Shown here: positions 1 through 9,688 of the stretch, in pieces
Numbering within the stretch: position 1 is the first letter of the stretch
Layout: each line of letters begins with the position of its first letter
NCBI GenBank assembly: GCA_963730995.1
Contig: CAVSUB010000004.1
Location: 459,020 to 523,019, forward strand
DNA length: 64,000 nt
Direction of reading: 5' to 3'
Source: an uncultured Acidobacteriota bacterium
GTDB taxonomy: Bacteria > Acidobacteriota > Vicinamibacteria > Vicinamibacterales > 2-12-FULL-66-21
Notes under the pieces: model-generated
Databases searched by the model: none
Seen by the model: the letters and a program-made list of their open reading frames with translations, nothing else
Told to the model about the DNA's origin: nothing
Translations under genes and position numbers: made by a program

Positions 1-1
1 G

Positions 2-616
2 ATCGGCGAGGTTGCCCCGACCGTGCAGGCGAAGCTGTTGCGAGCGCTCCAGGAGCGCGAAATCCGGCGGGTTGGCGCGGAACGCAACGTCAAAGTCAAC
101 GCCAGAGTGGTGGCCGCAACCAATCGCGACCTGCGCGCCGCGGTCGACGCGGGCACGTTCCGCGAGGACCTGTATTTTCGGCTTGGCGCGTTCGTGATCA
201 CGGTGCCGCCACTGCGCGCGCGCCGTGAGGATATTCCGCCGTTGGTTCACGACTTCCTGGGACGGGCAGCCGCGCGCGTAAAGAAGGACGTGAAGACAGT
301 CTCGGCGGAAGCCCTGACGGCCTTGATGAACTACAGTTGGCCGGGCAACGTTCGAGAGCTGGAGCACGCTATCGAGCGGGCCGTCATCGTTGCTCGCGGA
401 ACCAGCGTCAAGGTCCGCGACCTGCCGCCCGAGCTCTCGCAGAAGACACGCCAGCGTCCGACCGATGACAGCCTCGATCTTCAGGCGCAGGAACGAGCCA
501 TGATCGAGCGTGCGCTCCAGCGTTTTAACGGCAATCGCCGTCAGGCCGCCGACGCGCTGAAGATCAGCACCGTCACCCTCTGGCGCAAGATGAAGCAGTA
601 CGGTCTCGTCGCGTAG
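2..616 (+). CDS. sigma-54-dependent transcriptional activator, C-terminal part (5' end lies outside the window)
   Basis: The ORF is open from the window edge. Translation carries C-terminal AAA+ sigma-54-interaction motifs (QAKLLRALQEREIRRVG, NARVVAATNRDL, FREDLYFRL, WPGNVRELEHAIERAV). A Fis-type HTH follows (GNRRQAADALKISTVTLWRKMKQYG). Confidence 0.9.
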   Translation: MGEVAPTVQAKLLRALQEREIRRVGAERNVKVNARVVAATNRDLRAAVDAGTFREDLYFRLGAFVITVPPLRARREDIPPLVHDFLGRAAARVKKDVKTVSAEALTALMNYSWPGNVRELEHAIERAVIVARGTSVKVRDLPPELSQKTRQRPTDDSLDLQAQERAMIERALQRFNGNRRQAADALKISTVTLWRKMKQYGLVA

Positions 617-828
617 TCCGGATTCGACTCCCGCATCTCTGGCACGACAGCCAGAGCACCGGCATCATCACCGAGATCACCAGCACGCGTTCACGCATTT
701 CGTCTCGCAAGCGGGGCCGGAGCATGTCGACGCGAGCTACCCACCTCGGTTCAGCGATGAGATCGGCCTGCGAGTCGCGGTCAAACACGGTCAGGAACGG
801 GTCGAAGGCGTGCTGCGAAGCCTTGCTC

Positions 829-1347
829 TCAGACGGCAGGCCTGGTCGTCAGCGCTCGGGCCAGCTGCACCAATACCCGTTGAGTCGACTGTCGTTCCTC
901 GGTTGGCACGACCTCGAGCGTTTTGAGAATTGCTGCCTCCACCGTGCCCTTTCGCCTGGCGTTCAGGCGGGCCCCCTCTCGCGTGAGCGAAAGCGCGGCT
1001 ACGCGTCGGTCTGTCCTCTGTTGATGTCGACGGAGCAGCCCCAGCCTGACCAGGCGTTGCAGTACGCCGGTCAACGTGCTCGGATGAACATGAAGGACAG
1101 CTGCGAGCTGACCCGCGGAGAGTCCCGGGAATAGCCCCACGACTCGCAGCACCATGCGCTGAGGGCCGGTCAGCCCCAAGTCCTTGCTCATTCGCTTCGA
1201 TTGCTTCTGCAGTCCATGCACGATCGCCCAGAGGAGTTGCATGAACCCCAGGACGTCTGGCAGCTCAGATGCGCGAGCCTGACCGAGCACGGATCGTGAC
1301 GGCTGTTTCCTGGCACCGGGAACTCTGGTGAGGCGCTTGGAGCTCAA
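829..1347 (-). CDS. MarR-family transcriptional regulator
   Basis: 172-aa ORF with a winged-helix MarR signature (LTGPQRMVLRVVGLFPGLSAGQLAAVLHVHPSTLTGVLQRLVRLGLLRR...DRRVAALSLTREG). Confidence 0.85.
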   Translation of the reverse strand: MSSKRLTRVPGARKQPSRSVLGQARASELPDVLGFMQLLWAIVHGLQKQSKRMSKDLGLTGPQRMVLRVVGLFPGLSAGQLAAVLHVHPSTLTGVLQRLVRLGLLRRHQQRTDRRVAALSLTREGARLNARRKGTVEAAILKTLEVVPTEERQSTQRVLVQLARALTTRPAV

Positions 1348-1806
1348 AATACCGCGGATGGTACCACGTCAAAGCGGTCCCCGATTCAGGGGTGCCGGGC
1401 TTTGTGAATCCGCTGTTCATCGCGCCAATCGTCTGCCCATGAAGACCTGGACCGCGGCGCTCGCGTTGATCTCGCCCGCGAGGGCGCCATCACCGCCAGT
1501 CTCCGAATGGCAACGAACAATCGAGTACCGCTGGGGTGAGCGGCCGAAGGCCTCGGGGCCCCCAGCGCATGCCAGTTCCGGCAGTGCAGTCTCACTTGCG
1601 CGACGGCGCTTCGCGCCGGTACGAAACGAGACGAACGGGCGTTACGACGGCTTCTGCAATGCGTGCTGCAGCTCTCCCGGTTCTGAGCGATCGGTGCATT
1701 ACCCGGCACGACGTTCCAAGCTTCCTGTCGCACACGCTTGGGAGCGCCATGTATTGGCCACGTTCCTGCAAGTGCTGAAATAGTTTGAGGTCAAAGGAGG
1801 ACGTCC

Positions 1807-2367
1807 ATGGGTCGCCTGTGTTCTCGGTTTCTCATCACAATGTGGCTGTTGACCGGTTGCGTCGTCGTCGCGACGGCGGACACCGGGCCTGAGCGTTCGA
1901 CCGCGGCGGCGGACGCGCTGGTCACGTTGATGAAGTCGCGCAGCCTCGACGCGGTCGCCGCCGTGGACCCCCAGAATCCCGGTCGCGTCGTCGCGGCCAT
2001 GCTGCTGCCTGACGTGCAATTGCTGGTGGTCGCCGCCGAGTCGATCGCACTACCGTATCTGAAGGCCCAGATCGCCCAGCAGCAGTACCGGGACGTCTAC
2101 GCGATGCTCAACTCCGCCGCTGTTCCGGAGACAAAACTGTTCTTCCAGGACATGGGCTGCGACGGCCTGACGAACGAGGACGGAGGGGTGGACATCATGT
2201 ACGAGCAGGGTAAGACGCAGACAATCTTTGACGGCGACTGGAAGCGGCACAAGGTCACGAAAGCTGAGTACGGCGCGAAACTCGAGAAGGCCGACGCAGA
2301 GTACGCGCGAATGCTGAGACTTCTCACGGACAGCCTGCGTATGGAAGCGAAGGGCTCCAGCCGCTAG
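1807..2367 (+). CDS. hypothetical lipoprotein
   Basis: 186-aa ORF. The N-terminus has a lipobox-like sequence (LITMWLLTGC). A GGAGG lies just upstream. No family was recognised. Confidence 0.5.
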   Translation: MGRLCSRFLITMWLLTGCVVVATADTGPERSTAAADALVTLMKSRSLDAVAAVDPQNPGRVVAAMLLPDVQLLVVAAESIALPYLKAQIAQQQYRDVYAMLNSAAVPETKLFFQDMGCDGLTNEDGGVDIMYEQGKTQTIFDGDWKRHKVTKAEYGAKLEKADAEYARMLRLLTDSLRMEAKGSSR

Positions 2368-2593
2368 CTAACCTTTCATGTTGAAGTCGTGCTTTCTGAA
2401 CGAAATGCTCTTTCGATCGGTGGCGCTTCACAGTTTCACAACCACCAGACAATTCGGCCGTCCGGTCATGTCGAGCAGTCGGGCCGTAGCTGGCGTGGTC
2501 CTTGCCTCACGTCAAGAAGGGGATGAGCCTGGTGTCGCTTCAGCTTGGAAAACATCGCGCGCGCCAAAGCGTCCTCCCCTCTGTGTGGAGCTC

Positions 2594-2902
2594 ATGCGTA
2601 TTCAGGTTGTCGGCGAAGACGAATCGATTGATGCGCAGGCGCGCACCTATGCGGAGTATCGAGTATTCGCTGCGCTCGCCCGACACACGCCCCGTGTCCG
2701 CAGCGCCCGGGTCGTCCTGCAACGGGGTGAACGTCGCGGGAGATGTGACACGGTTGTCTGCGCCGTGACCGTGGAGCTGGAGCCCTCTGGCTCCGTCCGC
2801 ACGCGCGCCTTCGGGCCACATGCGTATTCCGCAATCAATAGTGCCGTAGAACGAATCGGTGATCTCATGCGCCGTCGAACCGCGCAGCGCCTGTCATCCT
2901 GA
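2594..2902 (+). CDS. HPF/RaiA-like ribosome-associated protein (tentative)
   Basis: Internal ATG at 2594 preceded by GGAG. The ~102-aa product (MRIQVVGEDESIDAQARTYAEYRVFAAL...HAYSAINSAVERIGDLMRRR) follows the length and motif spacing of short HPF/YfiA proteins. The assignment rests on remembered family pattern only. Confidence 0.45.
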   Translation: MRIQVVGEDESIDAQARTYAEYRVFAALARHTPRVRSARVVLQRGERRGRCDTVVCAVTVELEPSGSVRTRAFGPHAYSAINSAVERIGDLMRRRTAQRLSS

Positions 2903-3017
2903 AATCTACGGTTTCGTATCATTGAGAAGGTGGCGCGGAGCTTCGAGGGGCAATCGTGGGTCGCGCACGCGAGCGGCAGGGTCAAGTGATGCCTGAGAGT
3001 CACCGACCAATCGATCT

Positions 3018-3040
3018 CTAGCAGGTCGTTGAAAAAGTAA
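3018..3040. repeat. IS left terminal inverted repeat (ctagcaggtcgttgaaaaagtaa)
   Basis: The reverse complement of 4293-4315 matches this sequence at 21 of 23 positions. Confidence 0.85.
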
Positions 3041-3141
3041 CTTTCATGGTGCCGTTCTTTCCGTTCACGACGATCCCGTGCGCCCGCGTGGTCCGTCCGT
3101 TCGACACTCGACCACGACCGTCAGCTGGTCTTGGCGGGTCC

Positions 3142-4225
3142 TCACGCCGGCACGGCCAGGAGCCGACGCATCCGGACGATGTTGTAGGCCGCCGCCGTGA
3201 AGGTGAAGATCCAGGTCACCAGGGGCCCGCCCCGATGGCGCAGCTGCCGCAAGCCCCCCACCGTCTTCATCCACCCGAAGCTTTGCTCCACCAACTTTCG
3301 TTTCTGTTGACTGATCGTGTAGCCGGGATGCCGGGTCGTGCGGCCATCGATCGCGCTGCTCCGCTGTCGGGTGGCGGGGTACTGCGCGACATGCGGGGTG
3401 ACGTGCATGTCCCGCAGATTCTTCACAAAATCGCGCGTGTCATACGCCTTGTCGGCCGCGACGGTGAGGCGGTGCGCGCCGGGCCGGCGTTCGATCATCA
3501 CCACCGCGGCGTCGCGTTCGCCATGGCCGTCCGCCGGCGTGACCATCGTATTCACGATGAGCCCAGACCGATGCTCCATCAGCACATGCCCCAGATAGCT
3601 GAGATGCGCCGCGCCCCCGCGCTTTCCGATAGAGCCGTGCATCGGGATCGGTGGTCGACTGATGCGTGTCATTGGCGCGTCGCTGCCCATGGAAATCCCG
3701 CGTCGGATTGCCGCCCCCTGCCGACGGCGGATCCTGATCGCGGGGCTGAAAACTTTTGTGACTGGCCCAGGCCTTGAGCAACGTGCCATCCACCGTGAAG
3801 TGTTCGTCCGACAGCAACCGCTCCGTCTGCGCGTGCAGGAGGACGGCCTCAAAGAACACCGCGGCGATGTCGCCCGTGAGCAGCCGATCGCGGTTCTTAC
3901 TGAACGTTGTCGGCGACCAGACCGCATCGTCGATCCCCAGCCCGACAAACCACCGAAACAGCAGGTTGTAATCCAGTTGCTCCATCAGCTGCCGCTCGCT
4001 GCGAATCGTATACAGCGCTTGCAACAGCAGGGCCCGCAACAGCTTCTCCGGCGGCACCGACGGCCGGCCGAACTGGATATACAGCGTGCCAAACTTGGGC
4101 GAGAGCCGCTCGAGCGCACGATCGGTGATGTGCCGGATGGCCCGCAACGGATGGTCCGCCGGGACCCGGTCCTCCAGCGACACATAGCTGAACATCGATC
4201 CGGATTGCTCGTCGGCTCCACGCAT
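3142..4225 (-). pseudogene. IS5-family transposase, split by a 1-nt frameshift
   Basis: The N-terminal ORF (3440..4225) reads SLEDRVPADHPLRAIR...LLFRWFVGLGIDD...TTDPDARLYRKARG. The C-terminal ORF (3142..3948) continues in another frame with AHLSYLGHVLMEHRSGLIV...AADKAYDTRDF...GWMKTVGGLRQLRHRG. The switch falls at a C5 run (3614-3618). Confidence 0.85.
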
Positions 4226-4292
4226 CGGCTCGCTCCCTTCAGGTGTGGGAGCATGGTAGTACGTGGGGATCCTTATGTCGATCCCCTTTCTC

Positions 4293-4315
4293 TTACTTTT
4301 TCAGCAACCTGCTAG
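4293..4315. repeat. IS right terminal inverted repeat (ttactttttcagcaacctgctag)
   Basis: Inverted partner of 3018-3040. Confidence 0.85.
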
Positions 4316-4599
4316 GTTCTGTGCCTCGCGATTCGTGCGAAATGAGTGTGGTCGCATGTGTACCACCCATCCACTCGCAGTCCACGAGCAAGGTTGCGAA
4401 CCTTCTCCATTGCGTCGTCGTAGTGCACAGCGGTCATGCAAGCCTCTGTCGGCAATACGCTGATCTCGTAAAGGTCAGCGCGAGCGGTGCGCGTCGAAAC
4501 AAGCACGTCACCGGCCTTCGGGACTGCCCGCTGGTTAGGCATTGTCGAAGCTGCTGCACTGTGTCCTCCAGGTCCGATACGAGACTCGCCCGCATTCAT
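4312..4599 (-). CDS. hypothetical protein
   Basis: 95-aa ORF with no recognised family. Its TAG stop lies inside the CTAG at the IS terminus. Confidence 0.3.
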   Translation of the reverse strand: MNAGESRIGPGGHSAAASTMPNQRAVPKAGDVLVSTRTARADLYEISVLPTEACMTAVHYDDAMEKVRNLARGLRVDGWYTCDHTHFARIARHRT

Positions 4600-5050
4600 T
4601 CGGATCCTCCCTCATTGTTCGACTTCGTTTGCGTAGCTTAAGGAGCAAGATACGGGCCATTCGCAGGGCTGCGTGGGCAACGCAGACTCCGCAGTCGTCG
4701 GCCGTTCGAGGCTTTCACATTTGACGCCCATTCTTTCAGTTTGAAACTGCCGCTGTAGGCAGTGTCCTCCTGAGGCCGCAGCACCAACACCAGCAAGCAG
4801 TTCGCCGCCGGATGTCATAGAGTCTCGATCGCTGGCCACCGGTTGCCTCTGTCGTAGCGGACCGGCGGGCTGATGACAGCGACGAGCCCCAGTTTCGTTT
4901 TCAGCTTCTCGCAGGCCCGGGCGCTAAGATGATGTGGCCGCCAAGCGTTCCCGTCGTCAGTTCCAGGCTTGATGTCGATGCAGGAAAGCTCGCCGTCTGG
5001 CGATCTACCAACGCTGATATCAAAGCTATTGGTCAGTTAATGGGTCGCCC

Positions 5051-5880
5051 TTACGGACTCGCGTGCAGAGAGCGCAAATCCACTCCTTTGTCCCGGAGCT
5101 GCTCGAGATCCACCGCGCGCCGAGCCTTGATGAGCGGCATCACACGGCGCACGTCCTTCGCGCGGTTGAGACCAACAGCTGCATCGATTCGGCCATCATT
5201 CACATATCACGCCAGATAGCTGTCGGAGTCCAGACGCCCGCGTACGACGAGCTGATCCCACTTCGTGTGGAATCCAGCGTACTGCAGATTCGCATCGTAC
5301 TGGTCAGACCAGAACCAGTGGACCTCGTCGTACGCGACAGGCTTGCCGAGCATGTTGCGTGCGGCAGCGGCGCCCTGTTTGATGGCGTTCTGCCAGTGCT
5401 CCACTCGAATGTGGCGGCCGAAGACGGGGTGATAGTGATTCGCGACGTCACCTGCGGCGCAAACACCGCTGACGTGGGTGCGGCAGTACTCGTCAACGAC
5501 AACGCCATTGTCCAGTTGAATATCGCTGGCTCTCACCATGTCGACCGCTGGCTCGATGCCGATGCCCACGATGACGAAGTCGCACTCAAGACGCAGCCCT
5601 GCTTTTGTGACCACGGAGGCTACGCGCCGCGTTCCCTCGAACGCGGCAACTTTGTCCTCGAAGATGGTGCGAACACCGTGAGCGCGATGGCGGTCAGCGA
5701 TGGTCTCGCCGACCGCTTCGCCGAGCACGCGGAAGAGCGGGGTCTTCGATGGGTCGATGGCGACCACGTCCAGGCCTTCTTGCCGAAGCGAGGCGGCGAC
5801 CTCCGAACCTATGAATCCCATGCCCACCACGACGACTCGGCGACCAGCCACCATCTCCTTCCGAATGTGCCTGGCGATGA
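5051..5880 (-). pseudogene. ferredoxin-reductase-like FAD/NAD(P) oxidoreductase, 5'-truncated with an in-frame TGA
   Basis: The NAD-binding and C-terminal domains are recognisable (GRRVVVVGMGFIGSEVAASL, AAGDVANHYHPVFG...RVEHWQNA, WFWSDQYD). In-frame TGA at 5207-5209 (YLA*YVNDGRIDAAVGLNRAKDV). Reading continues to TAA at 5051-5053. The N-terminal FAD domain is absent. Confidence 0.8.
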
Positions 5881-6614
5881 AGGAATGTGAGAGGCTGCTG
5901 ATGCTCGCCACGGACTTCTTATATCCGCGGTTCTCCCCCGAGAAGGCAGACACCATCCCGTGGATCTGCGTCGCGAGCAGCGCGGACGCAGGACGCGGCT
6001 CGATCTGGGCATTGTCGGTGACGTGAAGACCACCCTCCAGGCGCTACTCCCGAGGATTAGGCGCAAGACCGAACGAAGACACCTCGACGCGTCACTGGCG
6101 CACTATCACGCAGCGCGCCAGGGTCTCGACGATCTCGCGACCGGTTTCCCCGGTGTGAAACCGATTCACCCGCAGTTCGTCGCCCGTACGCTTGATGCGC
6201 TCGCGGCGGACGACGCGGTGTTCACGTGTGATATGGGAACCCCTACGGTGTGGGCGGCCCGTTATCTCACGATGAATGCACACCCACGGTTACTCGAGTC
6301 TCTCACGCACCGTCCGATGGAGAACGCCAGCCCTGCCGCAGGCGATTGGTGCGCAGCTGACGTAGCCAGCCGGGCAAGTCATCAGCATGTCGCGAGACGG
6401 CGGTCTGTCGATGCTGCTGCGAGATCTCCTCATGCTTCGTCAGGTTGGTCTGCCGGTCAAGGCCGTGGTGTTCAACAGCGCATCCCTTGGGTTTGTGCAG
6501 CTCGAAGTGCGGGCAGCACGGTTTCCCGATCGAGCCGTTGATCTCGTGAATCCGGACTGTGCGAAACTCGCAGAGGCCATGCTGGGGGTCGCCGGCGGTC
6601 AGCACAAGCTGTAG
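5880..6614 (+). pseudogene. PoxB-like thiamine-diphosphate pyruvate oxidase/dehydrogenase, 5'-truncated and frameshifted
   Basis: Successive frames give LLMLATDFLYPRFSPEKADTI, then LDLGIVGDVKTTLQALLP...KPIHPQFVAR...DAVFTCDMGTPTVWAARYL, then SRDGGLSMLLRDLLMLRQVGLPVKAVVFNSASLGFV. This is collinear with the C-terminal third of PoxB. Frameshifts lie near 5960 and 6360, and roughly the first 300 codons are missing. Confidence 0.8.
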
Positions 6615-6971
6615 GCCTGGACACCAGCACGTCGCCCCCGCTGCATGTGTCTTCGCGCTGCGCACGTCTCCGAGCTTTCACTCTGACGGCGAACCCTTCA
6701 ATCTGAAATGTTGGATTTAACGAGGACCCTGACGGGACAGGTGCATGTACGCCAGCAAGTCACTCGGATGTCAGCAGTTTTGCAGGATCCAATGGCCGAC
6801 GCGTCACTGGCCCGCTGGTTGCCTTCTTCTTCTTTGACAGGTCGGGAAGTTGACCACAACGAGGAACTGAAGGTTCTGCTGATCAAGGTGTGGGCCGGCC
6901 TTTGTCCAGCATCTCGACCAATGCAAAAGCGTTCGCGTTCGTCCACGGCAGAAGGAAAGGTAATCGTGCGG

Positions 6972-7295
6972 ATGTCCATTTTAACTGCTTCGCTCGGCCT
7001 GATCATGTGGGCCATGAGCCTAGCCGTTGCGGCCCCGCCAAAACCACAGACGCATGAGGTGACCATCGAGGGCATGCGGTTCCAGCCAGAAGTGCTGACC
7101 GTTGCATCCGGCGACACGATCGTGTGGGTCAATAAGGACTTGGTTCCTCACACGGCGACTTCCGAGGCCGGCGGTTTTGATTCTAAGGACATTCAGGCCG
7201 ACAAGTCCTGGAGGTACACAATTCACAAGACGGGCGACTTTGCCTACATCTGCACCTTCCATCCGACGATGAAGGCGACGTTGCAGGTCAAGTAA
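6972..7295 (+). CDS. cupredoxin (plastocyanin/amicyanin-like blue copper protein) with signal peptide
   Basis: ATG at 6972 follows GAAGGAAAGG. It has a signal-like N-terminus. Copper-ligand spacing is present (VPHTAT ... YICTFHPTMKATLQV). Confidence 0.8.
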   Translation: MSILTASLGLIMWAMSLAVAAPPKPQTHEVTIEGMRFQPEVLTVASGDTIVWVNKDLVPHTATSEAGGFDSKDIQADKSWRYTIHKTGDFAYICTFHPTMKATLQVK

Positions 7296-9688
7296 TGAGA
7301 GATACGTTTGCCCCGGGCTGGCCGGGTATTCCGGCGCGCTGGACGTCGAGTGCCAAGAGTGGGCTCGGTACGTCGGTCAGTCGCGACAGCCGTGTCTGGT
7401 TCACGCTGAGTCACGGGATTCTCAACGAAATCTACTATCCACGCGTTGATCACGCGTGCACGCGCGATCTCGGGTTCCTCGTAACCGATGGGCAGACCTA
7501 CTTCTCCGAGGAAAAGCGGGATGCCCGGTCCGAGACATCCCAGGTGGCGCCAGGCATTCTTGCGTATCGGATTCGGAACACCGCGGTTGATGGTCGCTAT
7601 CGAATCGAGAAGGAGGTACTGACCGACCCCTGGCGCGACGTGGTGATCCAACGCGTGCGTTTCGTGCCGCTCCAGGGCACGCTGGCTGATTTTCGGCTGT
7701 ACGTGCTGCTGGCGCCGCACCTCGCCAACCGAGGCAGCGGGAATACGGCATGGGTGGGCGACTACAAGGGTACGCCGATGCTGTTCGCCGAGCGGGACCA
7801 TCACGCGCTCGCCCTCGGCTCGACGGCGCCGTGGCTCGCTCGATCGGCCGGGTTTGTCGGTGTGTCCGATGGATGGCAGGAATTGCAGGCCCACAAGCGA
7901 TTGGACCGAACCTACACACGCGCTGAGAACGGGAACGTCGCCGTCACCGGCGAAATCGATCTGAGTTCATCGGACGGCACGTTCGTGATGGCGCTCGGGT
8001 TCGGTCCCACGGCGATGGAAGCTGGGCAGCATGCGCTCATCAGCCTGCTTGAAGATTTTGACAGCACACGAACCGAGTACGTCAGAGCCTGGCAGGCTTG
8101 GCACGCGAGGCTCAAGAGCGGCATCCCACCGAAATCGCGAACCCCGTTGTACCACACCAGTGCCGCAGTGTTGCGCGCGCACGAATCCAAACGCGTGGAA
8201 GGCGGGATTATTGCCAGCCTTTCGATCCCGTGGGGCTTTTCCAAGCCAGACGACGACCTGGGAGGCTACCACTTGGTGTGGCCGCGCGATCTCGTGGAGA
8301 CCGCCGGTGGCTTCATCGCCATGGGTGCGCACGAGCACGTCAGGCGCGTATTGCGATACCTCCAGGTGACGCAGGAACCCGACGGCCACTGGTCGCAGAA
8401 CATGTGGCTCGACGGCACACCGTACTGGCACGGAATTCAGATGGACGAAACAGCTCTTCCCATTCTCCTGGTGGATCTCGCCGCTCGTCACGGCGTCATC
8501 GACACCGGCTGGAAAAACGAGTTGTGGCCGATGGTGCGCCGAGCCGCGTCCTTTTTGGCGCGTAATGGTCCCGTGAGTCCGCAAGATCGTTGGGAGGAGG
8601 AGCCTGGCTATGCTCCGTTCACCATCGCGACGCAAATTGCCGCGCTCCTCGTCGCGGCGGATCTGGCCGACGCAGGAGCCAACACGATGGCGGCGGAGTA
8701 TCTGCGCGAGACGGCCGACACGTGGAACGTCAGCATCGAAAGATGGCTGTATGTGTCTGGGACGGAACTGGCGCGTCAGCACGCTGTCGACGGCTACTAC
8801 GTGCGCGCGGCAGTGCCCGATCGGGCAGACGCGGCGTCTCCGTGTCAGGGATTCGTGCCGATCAAGAACCGACCTCCAGATCAATCGGTCGGACCAGCGG
8901 CCTTGATGGTTAGCCTGGACGCGCTCGCGTTCGTGCGCTTCGGGCTGCGCGCGCCGGATGATCCGCGAATCGTGAGCACGGTGACAATCGTCGACGCGAT
9001 GCTCAGGGTCGACACGCCGCGCGGTCCGGCCTGGCATCGCTATCAGGGGGACGGGTACGGCGAACACGCCGACGGCGGGCCGTTCGACGGAACCGGCGTC
9101 GGTCGCGCATGGCCGCTGCTGACCGGTGAGCGCGCCCACTACGAGCTCGCCGCCGGCCGGAGAGACGTCGCCGAGCAGCTCGCGCGCGCCATGGAGACTT
9201 TGGCGGGGGAGACCGGTCTCCTTCCCGAGCAGGTCTGGGATAGCGCCGACATTCCGGACCGGGGACTGTTCCTCGGGCACGCGTCCGGCTCGGCCATGCC
9301 GCTCGTGTGGGCGCATGCCGAGTACGTCAAGTTGTGCCGCTCCCTGCGAGACGGGGAGATCTTCGATCGGCCGCCCCAGACCGTTCAGCGGTACCTCGTG
9401 GAGAAGGCCACCTCCCGCCACATCATCTGGCGCTTCAACAACAAGGTGCGCACGATGCCGCTGGGCAGAACCCTGCGTATCGAGACACTCGACCCGGCCG
9501 TCGTCCACTGGAGCGTCGATGGCTGGCGGACCGTACGCGATACCCCGACACGCGACACGACCCTGGGCGTCCACGTGGCGGACCTTTCGACGCTGGATCT
9601 GCGCCTGGGCGACCGCGTGGCCTTGACGTTGTACTGGCCAGAGGCGAAGCGATGGGAAGGAACAGATTTTGTCGTCTACGTCGACTAA
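7295..9688 (+). CDS. glycoside hydrolase family 15 glucoamylase (glucan 1,4-alpha-glucosidase type)
   Basis: 797-aa ORF. The N-terminus (FAPGWPGIPARWTSSAKSGLGTS..WFTLSHGILNEIYYPRVD) and catalytic region (GGYHLVWPRDL, RWEEEPGYAPFT) are typical of bacterial GH15 enzymes. Confidence 0.9.
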   Translation: MRDTFAPGWPGIPARWTSSAKSGLGTSVSRDSRVWFTLSHGILNEIYYPRVDHACTRDLGFLVTDGQTYFSEEKRDARSETSQVAPGILAYRIRNTAVDGRYRIEKEVLTDPWRDVVIQRVRFVPLQGTLADFRLYVLLAPHLANRGSGNTAWVGDYKGTPMLFAERDHHALALGSTAPWLARSAGFVGVSDGWQELQAHKRLDRTYTRAENGNVAVTGEIDLSSSDGTFVMALGFGPTAMEAGQHALISLLEDFDSTRTEYVRAWQAWHARLKSGIPPKSRTPLYHTSAAVLRAHESKRVEGGIIASLSIPWGFSKPDDDLGGYHLVWPRDLVETAGGFIAMGAHEHVRRVLRYLQVTQEPDGHWSQNMWLDGTPYWHGIQMDETALPILLVDLAARHGVIDTGWKNELWPMVRRAASFLARNGPVSPQDRWEEEPGYAPFTIATQIAALLVAADLADAGANTMAAEYLRETADTWNVSIERWLYVSGTELARQHAVDGYYVRAAVPDRADAASPCQGFVPIKNRPPDQSVGPAALMVSLDALAFVRFGLRAPDDPRIVSTVTIVDAMLRVDTPRGPAWHRYQGDGYGEHADGGPFDGTGVGRAWPLLTGERAHYELAAGRRDVAEQLARAMETLAGETGLLPEQVWDSADIPDRGLFLGHASGSAMPLVWAHAEYVKLCRSLRDGEIFDRPPQTVQRYLVEKATSRHIIWRFNNKVRTMPLGRTLRIETLDPAVVHWSVDGWRTVRDTPTRDTTLGVHVADLSTLDLRLGDRVALTLYWPEAKRWEGTDFVVYVD

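Larger units (their letters stand above)
3018..4315 (-). mobile_element. IS5-family insertion sequence (~1.3 kb)
   Basis: 23-bp terminal inverted repeats match at 21/23 positions (3018-3040 and 4293-4315). They bracket a DUF772 + DDE transposase. Both ends are the palindrome CTAG, which is typical of IS5-group target sites. Confidence 0.85.

Noticed and set aside
5207-5209. In-frame TGA in the ferredoxin-reductase-like gene as possible selenocysteine or recoding.
   Set aside because: The aligned position is a Trp (SYLA-W-YVNDG), so a simple TGG-to-TGA change explains it. The gene has also lost its FAD domain.
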